Source: Catajapyx aquilonaris
Lineage: Eukaryota
DNA: 37,742 nucleotides
NCBI GenBank assembly: GCA_000934665.2
Contig: KZ538977.1
Span: 1-37,742, forward strand
Direction: 5' to 3'
The notes below the pieces were generated by a model. That model worked only from the letters and a program-made list of their open reading frames with translations. It was not told the DNA's origin and did no database searches. Positions 11,566-23,626 of this stretch are shown here, in pieces (the stretch's first letter is position 1; each line of letters begins with the position of its first letter). A program made the translations under genes and the position numbers.

Positions 11566-12947
11566 CAGGGTTGTGAACCGAACCGAACCCTTGCTCCGTG
11601 AACCCGATAACATCGAACCCGCTCTGGAGCAGTAGAGTCGGAGTCCGGAGCGAGCGTCAGAACGGGGACGAGTTCAAGGAGGTTCCGGGGGAGAGTGGAG
11701 CCAAGGTCGGAACGGGTCAGGAGCGAGCGCCGGAACGGGGTTCGGGTTCAAGCCGGTTCAGGGGAAGAGTGGAGTGAAGGTCGGAGCTGGTTCGGAGCGA
11801 ACGGCTCCGGAGGTGAACCCGGTTCAGGAGTGGGGTTCGGAGCGGTTCAAGCTTGGTTAGGTACAACATACCAACCCAACAGGGGGAAAGGCAGCAAAAC
11901 CGCTGGATTTACTCCAGAGTATGCATCATGTTTTCATGGTGGGAGAATGACATTTCCAAGCACCCGCGATACAGGGTGTACCGCAAATGTCACATTTTCA
12001 TGTCATGCGCATTTTGGTATGTTACAATATGTCATGCGCATTTTTGTACGTTACAATATGTCATACGCATTTTTGTATGCTACAATATGTCATACGCATT
12101 TTTGTATGCCACAATATGTCATACGCATTTTTGAATGTCACAATATCTCATACCCATTTTTGGATGTCACATTCTCATGTCATGCATTTGTTGTATGTCA
12201 CAATATCTCATACCCATTTTTTTGGATGTCACATTTTCAATGTCTGACGTATTTTTTGTATGTTACAATATCATATTATTGTAACATACAACAAATGCAT
12301 ATGACACGAGAATGTGACATACAAAAAATGGGTATGAGATATTGTAGCATACAAAAATGCGTATGACATGAGAATGTGACATCCAAAAAATGGGTATCAG
12401 ATATTGTGGCATACAAAAATGCGTATGACATATTGTAACGTACAAAAATGCGCATGACATATTGTAACATGCCAAAATGCGTATGACATGAAAATGTGAC
12501 ATTTGCGGTACACCCTGTATCGCGGGTGCTTGGAAATGTCATTCTCCCACCATGAAAACATGATGCATACTCTGGAGTAAATCCATCGGTTTTACTGCCT
12601 TTCTCCCTGTTGGGTTGGTATGTTGTACCTAACCAAGCTTTGAACCGCTCCGAACCCGCTCCGGAACACGCTCCGAACCCCGCTCCTGAACAGGGTTCAA
12701 CTCCGGAGCCGTTCGCTCCGAACCAGCTCTGACCTTCACTCCACTCTTCCCCTGAACCAGCTTGAACCCGAACCCCGTTCCGGCGCTTGCTCCGGACCCG
12801 TTCCGACCTTGGCTCCACTCTCCCCCGGAACCGCCTTGAACTCGTCCCCGTTCCGACGCTCGCTCCGGACTCCGACTCTACTGCTCCGGAGCGGGTTCGA
12901 TGTTATCGGGTTCACGGAGCAAGGGTTCGGTTTGGTTCACAACCCTG
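11566..12947. mobile_element. 1.38-kb palindromic (fold-back) hAT-type element in Rab8 intron 4
   Basis: Termini CAGGGTTGTGAACC/GGTTCACAACCCTG, perfect 8-bp TSD CACAGGAG (11558-11565, 12948-12955), arms inverted along essentially the full length. Confidence 0.9.
11972..12517. mobile_element. Inner Tc1/mariner-type MITE built of 29-bp tandem units
   Basis: TA|CAGGGTGTACCGCAAAT ... ATTTGCGGTACACCCTG|TA; unit ATGTTACAATATGTCATACGCATTTTTGT repeated, orientation flips at ~12273. Confidence 0.85.
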
Positions 12948-13472
12948 CACAGGAGGTAAACAAGCATGCTTCCCCAGGAACCATCCCAATTAGCTTTTGG
13001 GCAATTATTGTTGCAATTAGATGATGGGGAGAGAAAAATATAAAACTACAGTATAAAGATACCCCCTATTTTTAACGACAACAAATGAATGGTGATTGAC
13101 TAGCTATTAATCTCTGATTATTATGGATTGACTTGCCACAAAATATTGTGAAAATGTGAAATATCACGTAATTTTTGAATAATTTAGCTTTACTCACTAT
13201 AATCACCACACTCAAAAATCATAGCATTGTAAGTCCTGTTCATCACCACTACTCCAAGATAAATGTCTTTGTTATTTCCTGTATTAATTTTACCAGATAA
13301 TTAGTGTTCTACAGCAACTGACTGACTTGCAGCAATGGTGGAGCTGGAGTGGGGGAAAGGCAAGCTTAGCTTTGGAGAACTTTACTCTTTCAATCTTACT
13401 GTCAACCATGGGGCACACCCAAACTATGCAGTAACTTGACCCCAACAGGAAAATATAAAACAGTGTACTCAC

Positions 13473-13613
13473 CAACTTCTTTTCCATCTTGACTTTAATA
13501 TCACGTGCTAATGTGAAGAAGGCTTCTTCAACATTAATGGAAGCTTTCGCACTGGTTTCCATAAATTTTATTCCATATTCTATTGCTAGTTGTTCTCCCC
13601 TTTCTTTGGACAC
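13473..13613 (-). CDS. Rab8: Rab8 coding exon 4 (141 nt)
   Basis: TAG acceptor; [47 protein letters not shown]; donor TTG|GTGAGT. Confidence 0.97.
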
Positions 13614-14004
13614 CTAGTACAGGCAAAGTTCACACTGACTCAGTAATGAAGCTATCAAAGTACTCGTAACATAAGGGATCTCCTTCAGTCACTGCCACCA
13701 TGTTAGGGGGACACATACAAGGTGCAAAAAACAGCGGACATCACATTGGAAAATATGAAGATATTGTTACACATGGATGAAGAAAGAAGATTTTCCAAAC
13801 ACATTTCACTGTGACATTGTTGCTAGTTACTCAGAAAGCAAGAAAGTGGTAAGGATTTGGAATATCAAAATAAACCTCTGCCTTAATGGCATGTCCATGA
13901 ACAAGTGACTACACAATCATGTGCCATTCATATTTTACCCCTTTTAGAATACTCGGGTCAACTTAAAAACTTGGTACTTCACGCCAGTGGCTGCTTCCTC
14001 TCAC

Positions 14005-14209
14005 CTGTCTCGTAACGTTCATGTCACATTTATTTCCCAAGATCATCTTCTCCACATCTGACGATGCGTGTTCCTCGATATTCCTTATCCAGTTTTTTAT
14101 ATTCTCAAAGCTCTTCTCATTTGTTATGTCATAAACCAGCATTATTCCCATAGCTCCACGATAATAGGCGGTGGTGATGGTACGGAAACGCTCTTGTCCT
14201 GCAGTGTCC
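14005..14209 (-). CDS. Rab8: Rab8 coding exon 3 (205 nt)
   Basis: TTTCAG acceptor; (W)[68 protein letters not shown]; donor CAG|GTGAGA. Confidence 0.97.
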
Positions 14210-14364
14210 CTGAAAAGTAGTTTGTTGCAAATATTTCTTCCTAATAAATGAAGTAAACCCCCAAAAAGTTTCCTTCATAATGCTAACAATGGACATATAA
14301 CATACATGCAATACCCTTCACTCTAAGCAATCGAAAACACTCCAATCAAAGAAAATAACGAGAA

Positions 14365-14535
14365 AGGGTGGTATGGTGGTTGATCATACAGCAATGTCAC
14401 CTCTGAGGTTCCAAGTTACATCATCAGCATGAGCAGGTGATTTTCTCATGCAGAAATAGTTTCGATGGGGTCTCACCTGGTTTGAGTGGGTATTCTCTGG
14501 GTTCTCCCATTTCCATCCACTTTCAAAAACCATCA
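14365..14535 (+). mobile_element. Degenerate SINE related to family C (V-domain-like)
   Basis: TCACCTCTGAGGTTCCAAGTT...TTCGATGGG...GAGTGGGTATTCTCTGGGTTCTCCCATTTCC aligns by eye with 21547-21845. Confidence 0.5.
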
Positions 14536-15232
14536 GCAATACAGTTAGAAAATACTATCCCAATACCACTGAGACATCTGTTGTAGTGCGGGACCAAACA
14601 TGTGATACATAAAATTGGCAGTGTTGCCAATTAAATATTCTTCTTAGAGTTCTGTCAAAGGCTGACTGTATCAGTCGTTTGGTCTAGCAGTGGTGCGACT
14701 TTGTGGTCTTGAGAGCAAGTACCCGTGAACAAACCATGCATTTCAAGTCATTACTGCACCTTCCTCATATGCATTCCAGATCTTTCCCATGTAACCTGCC
14801 CTTATGGCTGTTAGACCCAGCAGGTCTGCTTGTGGGTCCCTTTAGGAATACAATATTTCTCACTTTCTCACCTCCCTGATGTGAGCCTAATGTGGGGGTG
14901 ACCATCCAGGCAGTCTGCTCCAGGGGAGCTGAGTGGCTGGTGTAAAATGCACCAATTTTCATGACTTATACTTTTCTTGAAAACTGATAAATACACTTTT
15001 TAAAAATATATTTAATGCCTACAAGTATCTTGACGGTCCATTATTTTCATGGAATAGCTCCTATTATTGCACAACCATAGCTGACAAGGATGCACCCACA
15101 ACCTAGTCCCCACCTCCCCATACTCCTGCTCCACTCCACCTCTGCCTGTCATTTCTTTCAACTCAACATCCCAATTCAACCAGAGAGTGGCATTGACACC
15201 ATAAGCTTTAATTATTAGTTTCAGTGTTGAGA

Positions 15233-16674
15233 CTGTTGAAGGACAAAATAATAGGAACACCTGCACAAAGCAGTTGAAATTTTGCGTCTGTTTTATTAGA
15301 AAACTGGACATGTTACAAATATGAATTTTACCAGGTTTTGAAGCTCTGTCGATGTACATCTGTCTAGAGATGCAGATGACACAAACATCACGAGAGAGGG
15401 AGAGAAACAAAAGACGAACGACACTCTCCCCCCTCCCCCTCCCAATACCCCATTTTTGACCAAGGCCTTCTCATTTGAAAACAAAAACGGTCACAGATAT
15501 GACCTTGACTGGGTTTTGAAGCTCGATCTGTCACTTTGTGAGGTATAGAGATGGACCAATAATCATGCAAGGGGACANNNNNNGGGGGGGGGGGGGGGGG
15601 GGGGGGAAAGAAATGACACCCCCCCACCTCCGGCACTGATTTAAAGAATAGGATGATTGTACCGTGGGTTGGACAAAATAACGGATTTTTTAGCCATCAT
15701 TCTGTATACCGCAAAGTGACATAAATAGAGCTTCAAAACCCAGTGAAGATCATTTCTGCAACTGTTTTGGTTTTTCAGTTAACCCTCAGACGGTGACGTG
15801 CGAAATGTTCGCTCTCCGGTGACGTGGGCACTTTTTGTGACCAAGCCATATTTTTTGTTATATCTGGCGAAATATAGGACATTCGGGCTTCACTTTTGAG
15901 ACAATCATAGTGTGATTCTTTCTACGACAATTAGCGTTTAGTTTACATTTTTTGAGAAAATAGTGCGATCAGAAAAAAATCGGAAAGAAAAACAGTCGGA
16001 GTCAACTCCCGGGGGTAGGGGGATTCCACCCCTTGGCGGCCTGGGATGCCACCGGGAGCCGCCAGACCGGATCTTGGTTAGGCCCCATCTACGCATTGCC
16101 GCCTAATTTATTTTTTCCTGGTCGTGCTATTTGCTCAAAAAATTTAAACTAAACGTCATTTATCACAGAAATAGTCAAACGAAAATGTTCTCAAAGATGA
16201 ATCTCGAATGTCCTAAATTTGCCAAGTTATGGCAAAAAAAAGGGTTGTTGGTCACAAAAAGTGCCCACGTCACCGTCCGAGGGTTAAATATTACTCTATT
16301 CTTTAAAGCAGTGCCATGGTGGGTCATTTCTATTGCCGCTCCCTCGCGTGATTATTGGTCCATCTGTATACATCAGTAAGTGACTTCAATAGGGATTCAA
16401 AACCCAGTCAAGTTCATATCCATAACTGTTTTGGTTTTCAAATGACAAGGCTGAACACTTTGGTCAAAAATGGAGTATGGGGAGGTGTTGTTCGTCTTTT
16501 GTTCTCTCCCCCTCTCGTGCTTTTTGCGTCATCTACATCCCTTGACAAATGTACATTGACAGAGCTTCAAAACCCCATAAATGTCATCTTTGTAACATTT
16601 CAAGTTTTTGAATAAAACAGATGCGAAGTTTCAACTGATTTTGCAGGTGTTCCTATTATTATGTCCAACCCCTA
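15233..16674. mobile_element. Older Tc1/mariner-type long-inverted-repeat element
   Basis: Diverged ~400-bp arms (15233-15655 vs 16290-16674); end motif GGTTGGACA(A/T)AATAATAGGAACACCTG; a partial third end at ~15660. Confidence 0.7.
15783..16283. mobile_element. Non-autonomous piggyBac-like element (nested)
   Basis: TTAA|CCCTCAGACGGTGACGTG ... CACGTCACCGTCCGAGGG|TTAA with an asymmetric subterminal repeat GGTGACGTGGGCACTTTTTGTGACCAA. Confidence 0.88.
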
Positions 16675-18084
16675 TATGCGCATACTGGATGCAACTGTAT
16701 CCATTTAAAAATCCCAGCATGTCGCAAGTCAGAGGAAGGAAAATAGTTTATCTTGGTAAAGCCCAGTACTCATCCTGTTGGACTTTACCAATTTCATGGC
16801 CTTGCTCAACACTTAGCCTAGTTTGTACATTCATACCCCTGTAAAATTTGCAAATATGCATACAATGGGTTTTGAAATGGTGGAAAAGAACTGCAGAGTC
16901 AGGTATGCTAATGTAAACAAGGAAGCCAAATGATGTCTAGCAATTTGCAATAATAGCAGAATAGCCACCACTGCTTCAAGGTAATTTTGGCTCTCAATTC
17001 CTAGTGATATCTGATATGTAAAGAGGTGATTCAAGTTCAGGTATTGGAAAACCATATTCCAGTTCCAAAATATGAAACTCATTCTCATAGTGATATTTAA
17101 ACTGTCCTCCATTCCCTCTTAATTTGTGCAAATTCAAATCACTTCAACATTCCATCCCAGAAGTGATTTATGCAAAAAAAAAATTGTTTACATAATGACT
17201 TAACATTATGTGACGCAAAAAAAACAATTATTTTATATACAAAATTTCTTGCAGTTAAGTCACAGGCTATGATGAAACAAGCATGATGTGTATCACATGA
17301 ATCATGTCATGTAATCAACCAACATTCAAGAGTTCCTGGTAAGAAAGACTATATCACACAACTGCGTATCACAACAATGCTAGTCTGACTCAAATACTGC
17401 AAGGGAATGGTTATTCCAATAACATCATGCAAAGTGCACGTTTGAATTTCTCTGGTAATCAATGTGTTGCACATGTTTGTAGCACTATGCAAGATAGACT
17501 GTACTTTGGTCACTTCCTCCTGGTTTATCATATTTCAATAACACTATCCCCGGGATGTGTCATGGGTGCCTCATCATGGCCTACATTTTGGATGCAAAAT
17601 GTAGACGTCCTAAGTCGCAGGAAGGCTTTTGAATTTGACAAGTTATATGCCAGTAGTGTTCACTAGAATCTAGATGTTATTGAATAAGTACTATACCTGC
17701 CTTGGTAGTATTTATTAACAAAAATACAAAATTCCATAATTTCAAAATTAACTACTCAAAATACACTAAAAATCCCTAATTAACAAACATTACTCCAAAA
17801 ATCTTGGTCCTATCCTGCCCGGAAACTGGGCATACCTTATCATCCTCCTCATTATTCTTCCGCCAGTCTTGGCAACCTGTAGTTGTTTTAGCAGTTGACT
17901 TGTCAGCCATTTTTATGCATAAAATATCTTGTACAGGAAGGTGGGAAGTCCATGACTTGCCCCTTTGCTTGTTACACAAGAGGTATGCAAGTCATCAACT
18001 TGCCTCCTTTCTGATATAAAGAGGGCATTTTGGGGGGGAAAACAAATCATTAATCTGCCATTCTCTATGAAAATAGATCAGTAT

Positions 18085-19094
18085 AGGAAGTGAACATTTT
18101 ACACCAATTGATTTTATGTTGATTTACATTAATGCCAGTTTCAAAATTACCTTCGGAAAAAATCTTAATCAGAAAAATTTGAAAATAGAAACACAATATT
18201 AACATAACCACTTGTGAGCTAAAACACACTGCAGTATAAGTGTGCATTGTGGCAGGGTGTACAGATACCTACATTAGGCCTACTGTATTATACAGGGTGT
18301 ATCAGAGTCACGGGTCAAGCGAGTGCGAGGGGGTGGGGAAAAATCGTAGGTGGCGACAACCCCGGTCGGTTTAATAAAACAATTAGGAATACGGCAGTAA
18401 TCAATTTATTTATTACGGTCTACGGCGTGACGTCACGTCCAATCAGTTTGAATCGAGTCGGGCGGGCTGGCAAGAGTCAAGGTAAGTTTGAACCTGGTTG
18501 AACGGGTTTTTAGCCTTTTTAGCCTGGTGTAGCCTTTTTCAGTGCAACCCGCAAGGCTAAAAACCCGTTCAACCAGGTTCAAACTTACCTTGACTCTTGC
18601 TAGCCCGCCCAACTCGATTTAAACTGATTGGACATGATGTCACGCCGTAGACCGTAATAAATAAATTGATTACTGCCGTATTTCTAATTGTTTTATTAAA
18701 CCGACCGGGGTTGTCACCACCTACGATTTTTCCCCACCCCCTCGCACTCGCTTGACCCGTGACTCTGATACACCCTGTATATTGGTCTCTGCCCTCCCCA
18801 AAATACTATCATAATATTGTTTATAAAATGCACTACGAGTACTGCAGTTCTTGCGAAAGAAAGGAAAGGGACCCTCAGAACCTGATGACCCTCAACCTGG
18901 ATTCTCAAATTAAACGTGTGTATTAAATGTTTCAAATACTCAGCATTAAAAACAGCAATATTAGTACTGTCTGTTGGAAAATATTGGAACCTATCTCATT
19001 CACTTGCATTATAATTTTGTCTTGTTCTACGACGATTCACTTTACACCACTGTGTTGCTGGAACCAATTACCAGTACAAAACGGGTGATTCCTG
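18085..19094. mobile_element. pogo/Tigger-like MITE, older copy, interrupted by another MITE
   Basis: 18130-18290 plus 18780-19094 are colinear with 19190-19706; right end AAAACGGGTGATTCCTG|TA; left boundary approximate. Confidence 0.65.
18293..18777. mobile_element. Palindromic Tc1/mariner-type MITE
   Basis: TA|CAGGGTGTATCAGAGTC ... GACTCTGATACACCCTG|TA; ~220-bp near-perfect arms, ~40-bp loop. Confidence 0.92.
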
Positions 19095-19163
19095 TACTTT
19101 TGCATGGAGGCACTCAGTAGCTAAACTACAGTCAGTGACCTACTACTATTACTACTACTACTA

Positions 19164-19706
19164 CAGGTATCTCTCGTTTTACGCTTTTTGACATTAACGC
19201 CCGTTTCAAAATTACCTTTGAAAGAATATTTTTTATCTGAAACTTTTCAAAATATTGAAAAAACAAAACAATCTACAGATAAACACATCCCTGCAGCACT
19301 TCTGGCTCCAAACACACTACAGTGCTTGCACTTTTATTATTTTTCGTTATGCATTGCGGCTAAATTTATAGCTAAATACAGTACTGTATTGTTGGTCTCT
19401 GCCCTCTCCAAAGCCCTGCACCCATTGTTTACAATGAACTACTTGTACTTCAGTTCTTGCTAAAGAAGGGAAAGGAACCCTCAGAACCAGATGACCCTCA
19501 AATTGGAACCTCCTATTAAACATGTATATTAAATGCTTCAAATACTGAGTTAAAAACAGCAAAATTAGTATATTGTTTTTGGATAAATTTTGAAAATTTT
19601 GGAACATCTCATTTGCTTCCATTATAATTTTGTTTCATTTTACGCCTTCTCACTTTACGCCGCATATTGCTGGTACGAATCCCCGGCGTAAAACGAGGAG
19701 TACCTG
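19164..19706. mobile_element. pogo/Tigger-like MITE within a (TAC)n tract
   Basis: TA|CAGGTATCTCTCGTTTTACG ... CGTAAAACGAGGAGTACCTG|TA; resembles Tigger-type TIRs. Confidence 0.85.
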
Positions 19707-20421
19707 TACTACTACTACTACTACTACTACTACTACAGTAAGCTTGCATCAAATGTATGGGCAGATATTCTGCTGGAACCAATCATGAAAATCCAGTGCC
19801 AAGATTCTCCCTTCCTCATTGGTTCTCACATAACTTTCCACCCAGACTTCTGCTGCAACCTTGGAGTAAATAGCCTATAGATTTCAATAGTATTGATAGC
19901 TCAACAGGATGATGATGCAAGATTTAAGATGTCAATAAAAAAGTGATTCTTCCATTTTGCACTGACTCATACGGTATATTAACAAATAAGCCAAATTATT
20001 CCTCATGACACTGATGTGATGGCCAACTAGATTATCTATCTGCTACATATTTAAAGTACACAGATCATACATTTTTCAAAAATAACAATTGTTAAAATAC
20101 AACCATGCTGAGTCATGCCCACAACCAATCTGTTAATTACACAACAAATCCATTGCAAAACACTGCATAACATTTAGCTGAAAACTTACCGGAGTGCCTT
20201 CAAATTCATAATTATAAACAGCCTATTTATTTTTTGCATATTTTGTAAAATGTCGCATGATTTAGAAGAAGCTTTCAATGAAAATACCCTACGGCCACTG
20301 ATCACTCTCTTAACTCGAACTTCATTTCACCACCCCCAGACCTTTTGGAACTTGCATATCTATGCTATACGCACCACACACGTGCAAAGAATTCCCATCA
20401 GTAGCGAACAATTCAGCTTAC

Positions 20422-20482
20422 CAAATCTGCAATTTGATCTTCTTCTCGTCTAGCTCTATTGTTCTTATCTTAAAGTCAATTC
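20422..20482 (-). CDS. Rab8: Rab8 coding exon 2 (61 nt)
   Basis: TTGCAG acceptor, (G)[19 protein letters not shown](W), donor TG|GTAAGC; phases match neighbouring exons. Confidence 0.97.
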
Positions 20483-20780
20483 CTGCAACGACAAAAAACA
20501 ATCCGTCACAACGTGCTCAATCATCTTCAGTCTCATTCGCTGCACCTGCAGCCGGATAACAATATCAATACCAACCTGCTATCCATTGTGAATTCATCTA
20601 AAACAATAACCTGGCACAGCTGGTGACTATTATACTGGCGCCAATATACTCACCGACACCAATCAGCACGACACAAAACCTCACTCTTGACCAGCCACCA
20701 ACACTGTACCTCCCAAGTTTTTACGACCAATCCAGCTGATCAACCAAACCTTGAAATCCCTTCACATTTTTTATACTTAC

Positions 20781-20904
20781 CTATAGTTGAAATAAAGGTG
20801 GAAGTAAAGTTGTCTTCGGAAAACCGAAACAGTAAACAGGTCTTCCCTACTCCTGAGTCCCCTATGAGGAGTAACTTGAATAAATAATCGTAACTGTTGG
20901 CCAT
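20781..20904 (-). CDS. Rab8: Rab8 small GTPase, coding exon 1 (124 nt)
   Basis: Translates [41 protein letters not shown](G), with P-loop GDSGVGKT; donor AG|GTAAGT at 20780. Confidence 0.97.
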
Positions 20905-21192
20905 AGTTGTGCAGCATAAGAAGTGTGTTTATGTGTGTGCGTGTACTTGTGTGTGTGTGTGCTTGCTGGTTGTGGGGAGACTGGAGAGGGCGGTGGAGGT
21001 CGGGGAGGCAGGCAGGAGATGGCTAAAAAAATGACACTTGACAGGAACAGGAAATTGTGTTTCACATTATTAAGTTGATTAATTAATGAGTATAATGTAC
21101 TTTTGATAATAGTTTATTATTAAATGCACATATTTAGTGTTATTTGTATAAATATTTTTGCGTTTAGTGCGTACGGCTGAATCTGGCACCAC

Positions 21193-21208
21193 TTGGCGGG
21201 AGTTTAAA
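21193..21208 (+). promoter_or_regulatory. E2F-like site adjacent to a CHR-like TTTAAA, upstream of Rab8
   Basis: TTGGCGGGAGTTTAAA in a small CpG-containing patch ~290 bp upstream of the ATG; motif match only. Confidence 0.3.
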
Positions 21209-21465
21209 TGGTGCTCCGCGGTGCTGCGAGTCATAAACTTGCTAGTTCTCGCAATCTCAACCCCCGGTCACAAAAAAATACCGTTATGTACTGTACCACA
21301 ATTCGTCATTTCTTATTCAGATCACAGTAACTTTACTGTCCCCCTGTATATAAAAGGTGTTGACTCAAGTTGACTACTCCCTGTAACTGCCATTATTAAC
21401 ACTTTGATTTACTAGAGTTGTGTCTATTTTCAAAGTATTTTTTATCAGTTGATATGTATCTTTGA

Positions 21466-21545
<80 letters not shown>

Positions 21546-21546
21546 A

Positions 21547-21940
21547 GGGCGACACGGTGGCGGAGTGGTTAGCGCCGCAGCCTTTCACCTAGGTGGAACT
21601 AGCTCCCAGGTAGCCTCCCAGGCCAATATTGGACGAATGTTGGCCCAATATCTTAGATATTGGGCCAATATTGGCTCCAATATTGGCCCAACTTTTTTGT
21701 GCTACCTGGGCTCTAAGGTCCCGAGTTCGATCCCCGGGTCGGACGGAGGATACTTATGTGGATAGAGGTTCGATGGGTTCTCTCCGTGTGCGCGTGGGTT
21801 TTCTCGAGGTTCTCCCGTTTCCTCCCACTATCAAAATCCATCACATTTCAGGCAAATAATTAAAGTAGGTTATTCAAAAGATGATCCCCTAAGAGGCTCA
21901 TGGGGCCTATCACGGGGTATCCATTATTATTTATTTATTA
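21547..21940 (+). mobile_element. tRNA-derived SINE family C with V-SINE-like core
   Basis: A box TGGCGGAGTGG, B box AGTTCGATCC, core GCGTGGGTTTTCTCGAGGTTCTCCCGTTTCCTCCCA similar to the V-domain, 3' hairpin plus ATT tail. Confidence 0.8.
21605..21710. mobile_element. 106-bp MITE with CCCAG termini (possibly CMC/EnSpm-type) in the SINE head
   Basis: CT|CCCAGGTAGC ... GCTACCTGGG|CT; internal CCAATATTGG palindromic repeats. Confidence 0.7.
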
Positions 21941-22059
<119 letters not shown>

Positions 22060-22546
22060 TCTTACCCCGTTATCAGCCTTTTTCGGCTCTTTAGGGGGGA
22101 TTTTTGTTTTGTCTGGAACTCTTGCGTACAATTTTTACTTCGCTTTTTGGGATAGGATAGGGAAGGAAGGAGGCGGCTGTGGCCTATTAATTTAGGAAAC
22201 AACTCCGGAATTCTCCTGGAGGGACCGTGGGAAACCACAGAAAACCACGGTTAGAGTTGCCGGCCCCGGGGCTCGAACCCAGGACCTCCCGATTAGCAGT
22301 TGGACCCTATAGCCACTCCATCAAACTGCTTCGGTTATCTTTGAGAATAATCATAGACTGTTTCTTAAATAATTGGTTTAATATCTTTGCTGCCTCTCAA
22401 AATTCTTACACCCCATCTAAAGTTTTGACCCACATTTAATTTCTTTACAAACCGTCGCAATAAGTTATTGTAGCAATAAAACAGTCCATCTATTAGCCAA
22501 TATAATATCGGCGATTCATTAAACTGCATTAAATCGGCAGTTAACT

Positions 22547-22551
<5 letters not shown>

Positions 22552-22603
<52 letters not shown>

Positions 22604-22943
22604 TAATATAATAATCCGGGGTAGTGCTGACCTCATCAGAGGTATGTAGCACGGACCTTTATTTATTTTTGTCGTGTACATTGGAGCCTTTATACGTAAC
22701 GCCCGGGCCCACGGGCAGGATGACAGGAGGGGATGTGCAAGGTGCAGTGCAATATCTTTATGTGGCCATTTTTAGTGAACTCCCCCGGGTGGTTTAGTCT
22801 GTAGGAAATACCACCCGAGACGAAGCCAGAGGTGACCCAATGAACTCTGCACGAGATGAAGGGGGTGTCCCCGGGTTGGGATCGAACCCGGGACCTTAAC
22901 ATCCGTGGGCGCGTACGTTACCGCAGCGCCACTTCGCCTCCCT
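22552..22943 (-). mobile_element. tRNA-derived SINE family D
   Basis: A box TGGCGCTGCGG, B box GGTTCGATCC, (ATT)n tail, 14-bp TSD CAGTTAACTTTAAT (22538-22551, 22944-22957). Confidence 0.88.
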
Positions 22944-22966
22944 CAGTTAACTTTAATCAATATTTA

Positions 22967-23324
22967 CAGTGGAGCATCGATTATCCGAACAGTCTGCCAA
23001 GAGGGTGTTCGGATAATAACTGATTGTTCGGATAACCGTTCATTTACGGAAAAAAAATTGTACCGCGGTGTCATAGGAGCAATATGAAACTAAGAAACAG
23101 TGATATTAACCACAAAACTATATTTTCTGTCACAGGCACGTCTTAAAAATACTGTACATGTACCTTACTGTCCTTACATGAAGTAGTCCTGCAGTTTAGG
23201 GGAGAGAAAAATGCGTTTTTTGGGTTTTTTTTGGGGGGGGGGGGTTGGTTTTGTTTTGTTTTTTGCCGACCCGAAAACGTTCGGTTGATCGGTGTTCGGT
23301 GTTCGGATAATCGATGCTCCACTG
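22967..23324. mobile_element. pogo/Tigger-like MITE
   Basis: TA|CAGTGGAGCATCGATTATCCGAACA ... TGTTCGGATAATCGATGCTCCACTG|TA. Confidence 0.9.
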
Positions 23325-23366
23325 TAATTACATGCTCCATGTGATGCATTTACTACGCATCAGGCC

Positions 23367-23465
23367 GTCTGGCACTGTCAGATGTAGAGAGAGCCATCTA
23401 TACTGGCAAATGAAAAGACTTTCGGATACAACCGGAACCAATCAGAACATCTGACAGTGCCAGAC
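23367..23465. mobile_element. Short element with 19-bp perfect inverted ends
   Basis: GTCTGGCACTGTCAGATGT ... ACATCTGACAGTGCCAGAC. Confidence 0.6.
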
Positions 23466-23577
23466 CTCTACTCCTGATTGTCTACCTTGAACATTTATCA
23501 GTGTAATGGAATATGCCTAATTTCGTTATAGTTTACGCCTGCTGCCAGTAGGGTGCGTTGTTGTCCCAAAAAACGCG

Positions 23578-23626
23578 CTGGCACAATCGCACCCCACCTG
23601 GCACAATCTCACCCCGTTTGACGGTA
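23578..23626. repeat. Solo DNA-transposon-like end with a duplicated subterminal motif
   Basis: CTGGCACAATC(G/T)CACCCC twice, then GTTTGACGG|TA; no partner end seen. Confidence 0.4.

Noticed and set aside
11985..12505. Regular 29-bp repeats superficially like a CRISPR array
   Set aside because: No unique spacers; tandem units inside a MITE in a eukaryotic intron; no cas genes.
11695..12818. 223-aa and 180-aa ORFs on opposite strands with repetitive Cys/His/Tyr content
   Set aside because: They are mirror-image translations of the palindromic element and its 29-bp minisatellite, not protein-like.
17836..17910. AAAATGG start, 25 codons and an AAG|GTATGC donor inside Rab8 intron 2, as an alternative first exon
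   Set aside because: Phase 0 would be out of frame with Rab8 exon 3 (phase 2); no recognisable homology; may be a TE relic or chance.
22615..22660. CTGATGAG on the minus strand suggesting a hammerhead ribozyme
   Set aside because: No GAAA core or three-stem architecture follows; it is the loop region of the SINE D tail hairpin.
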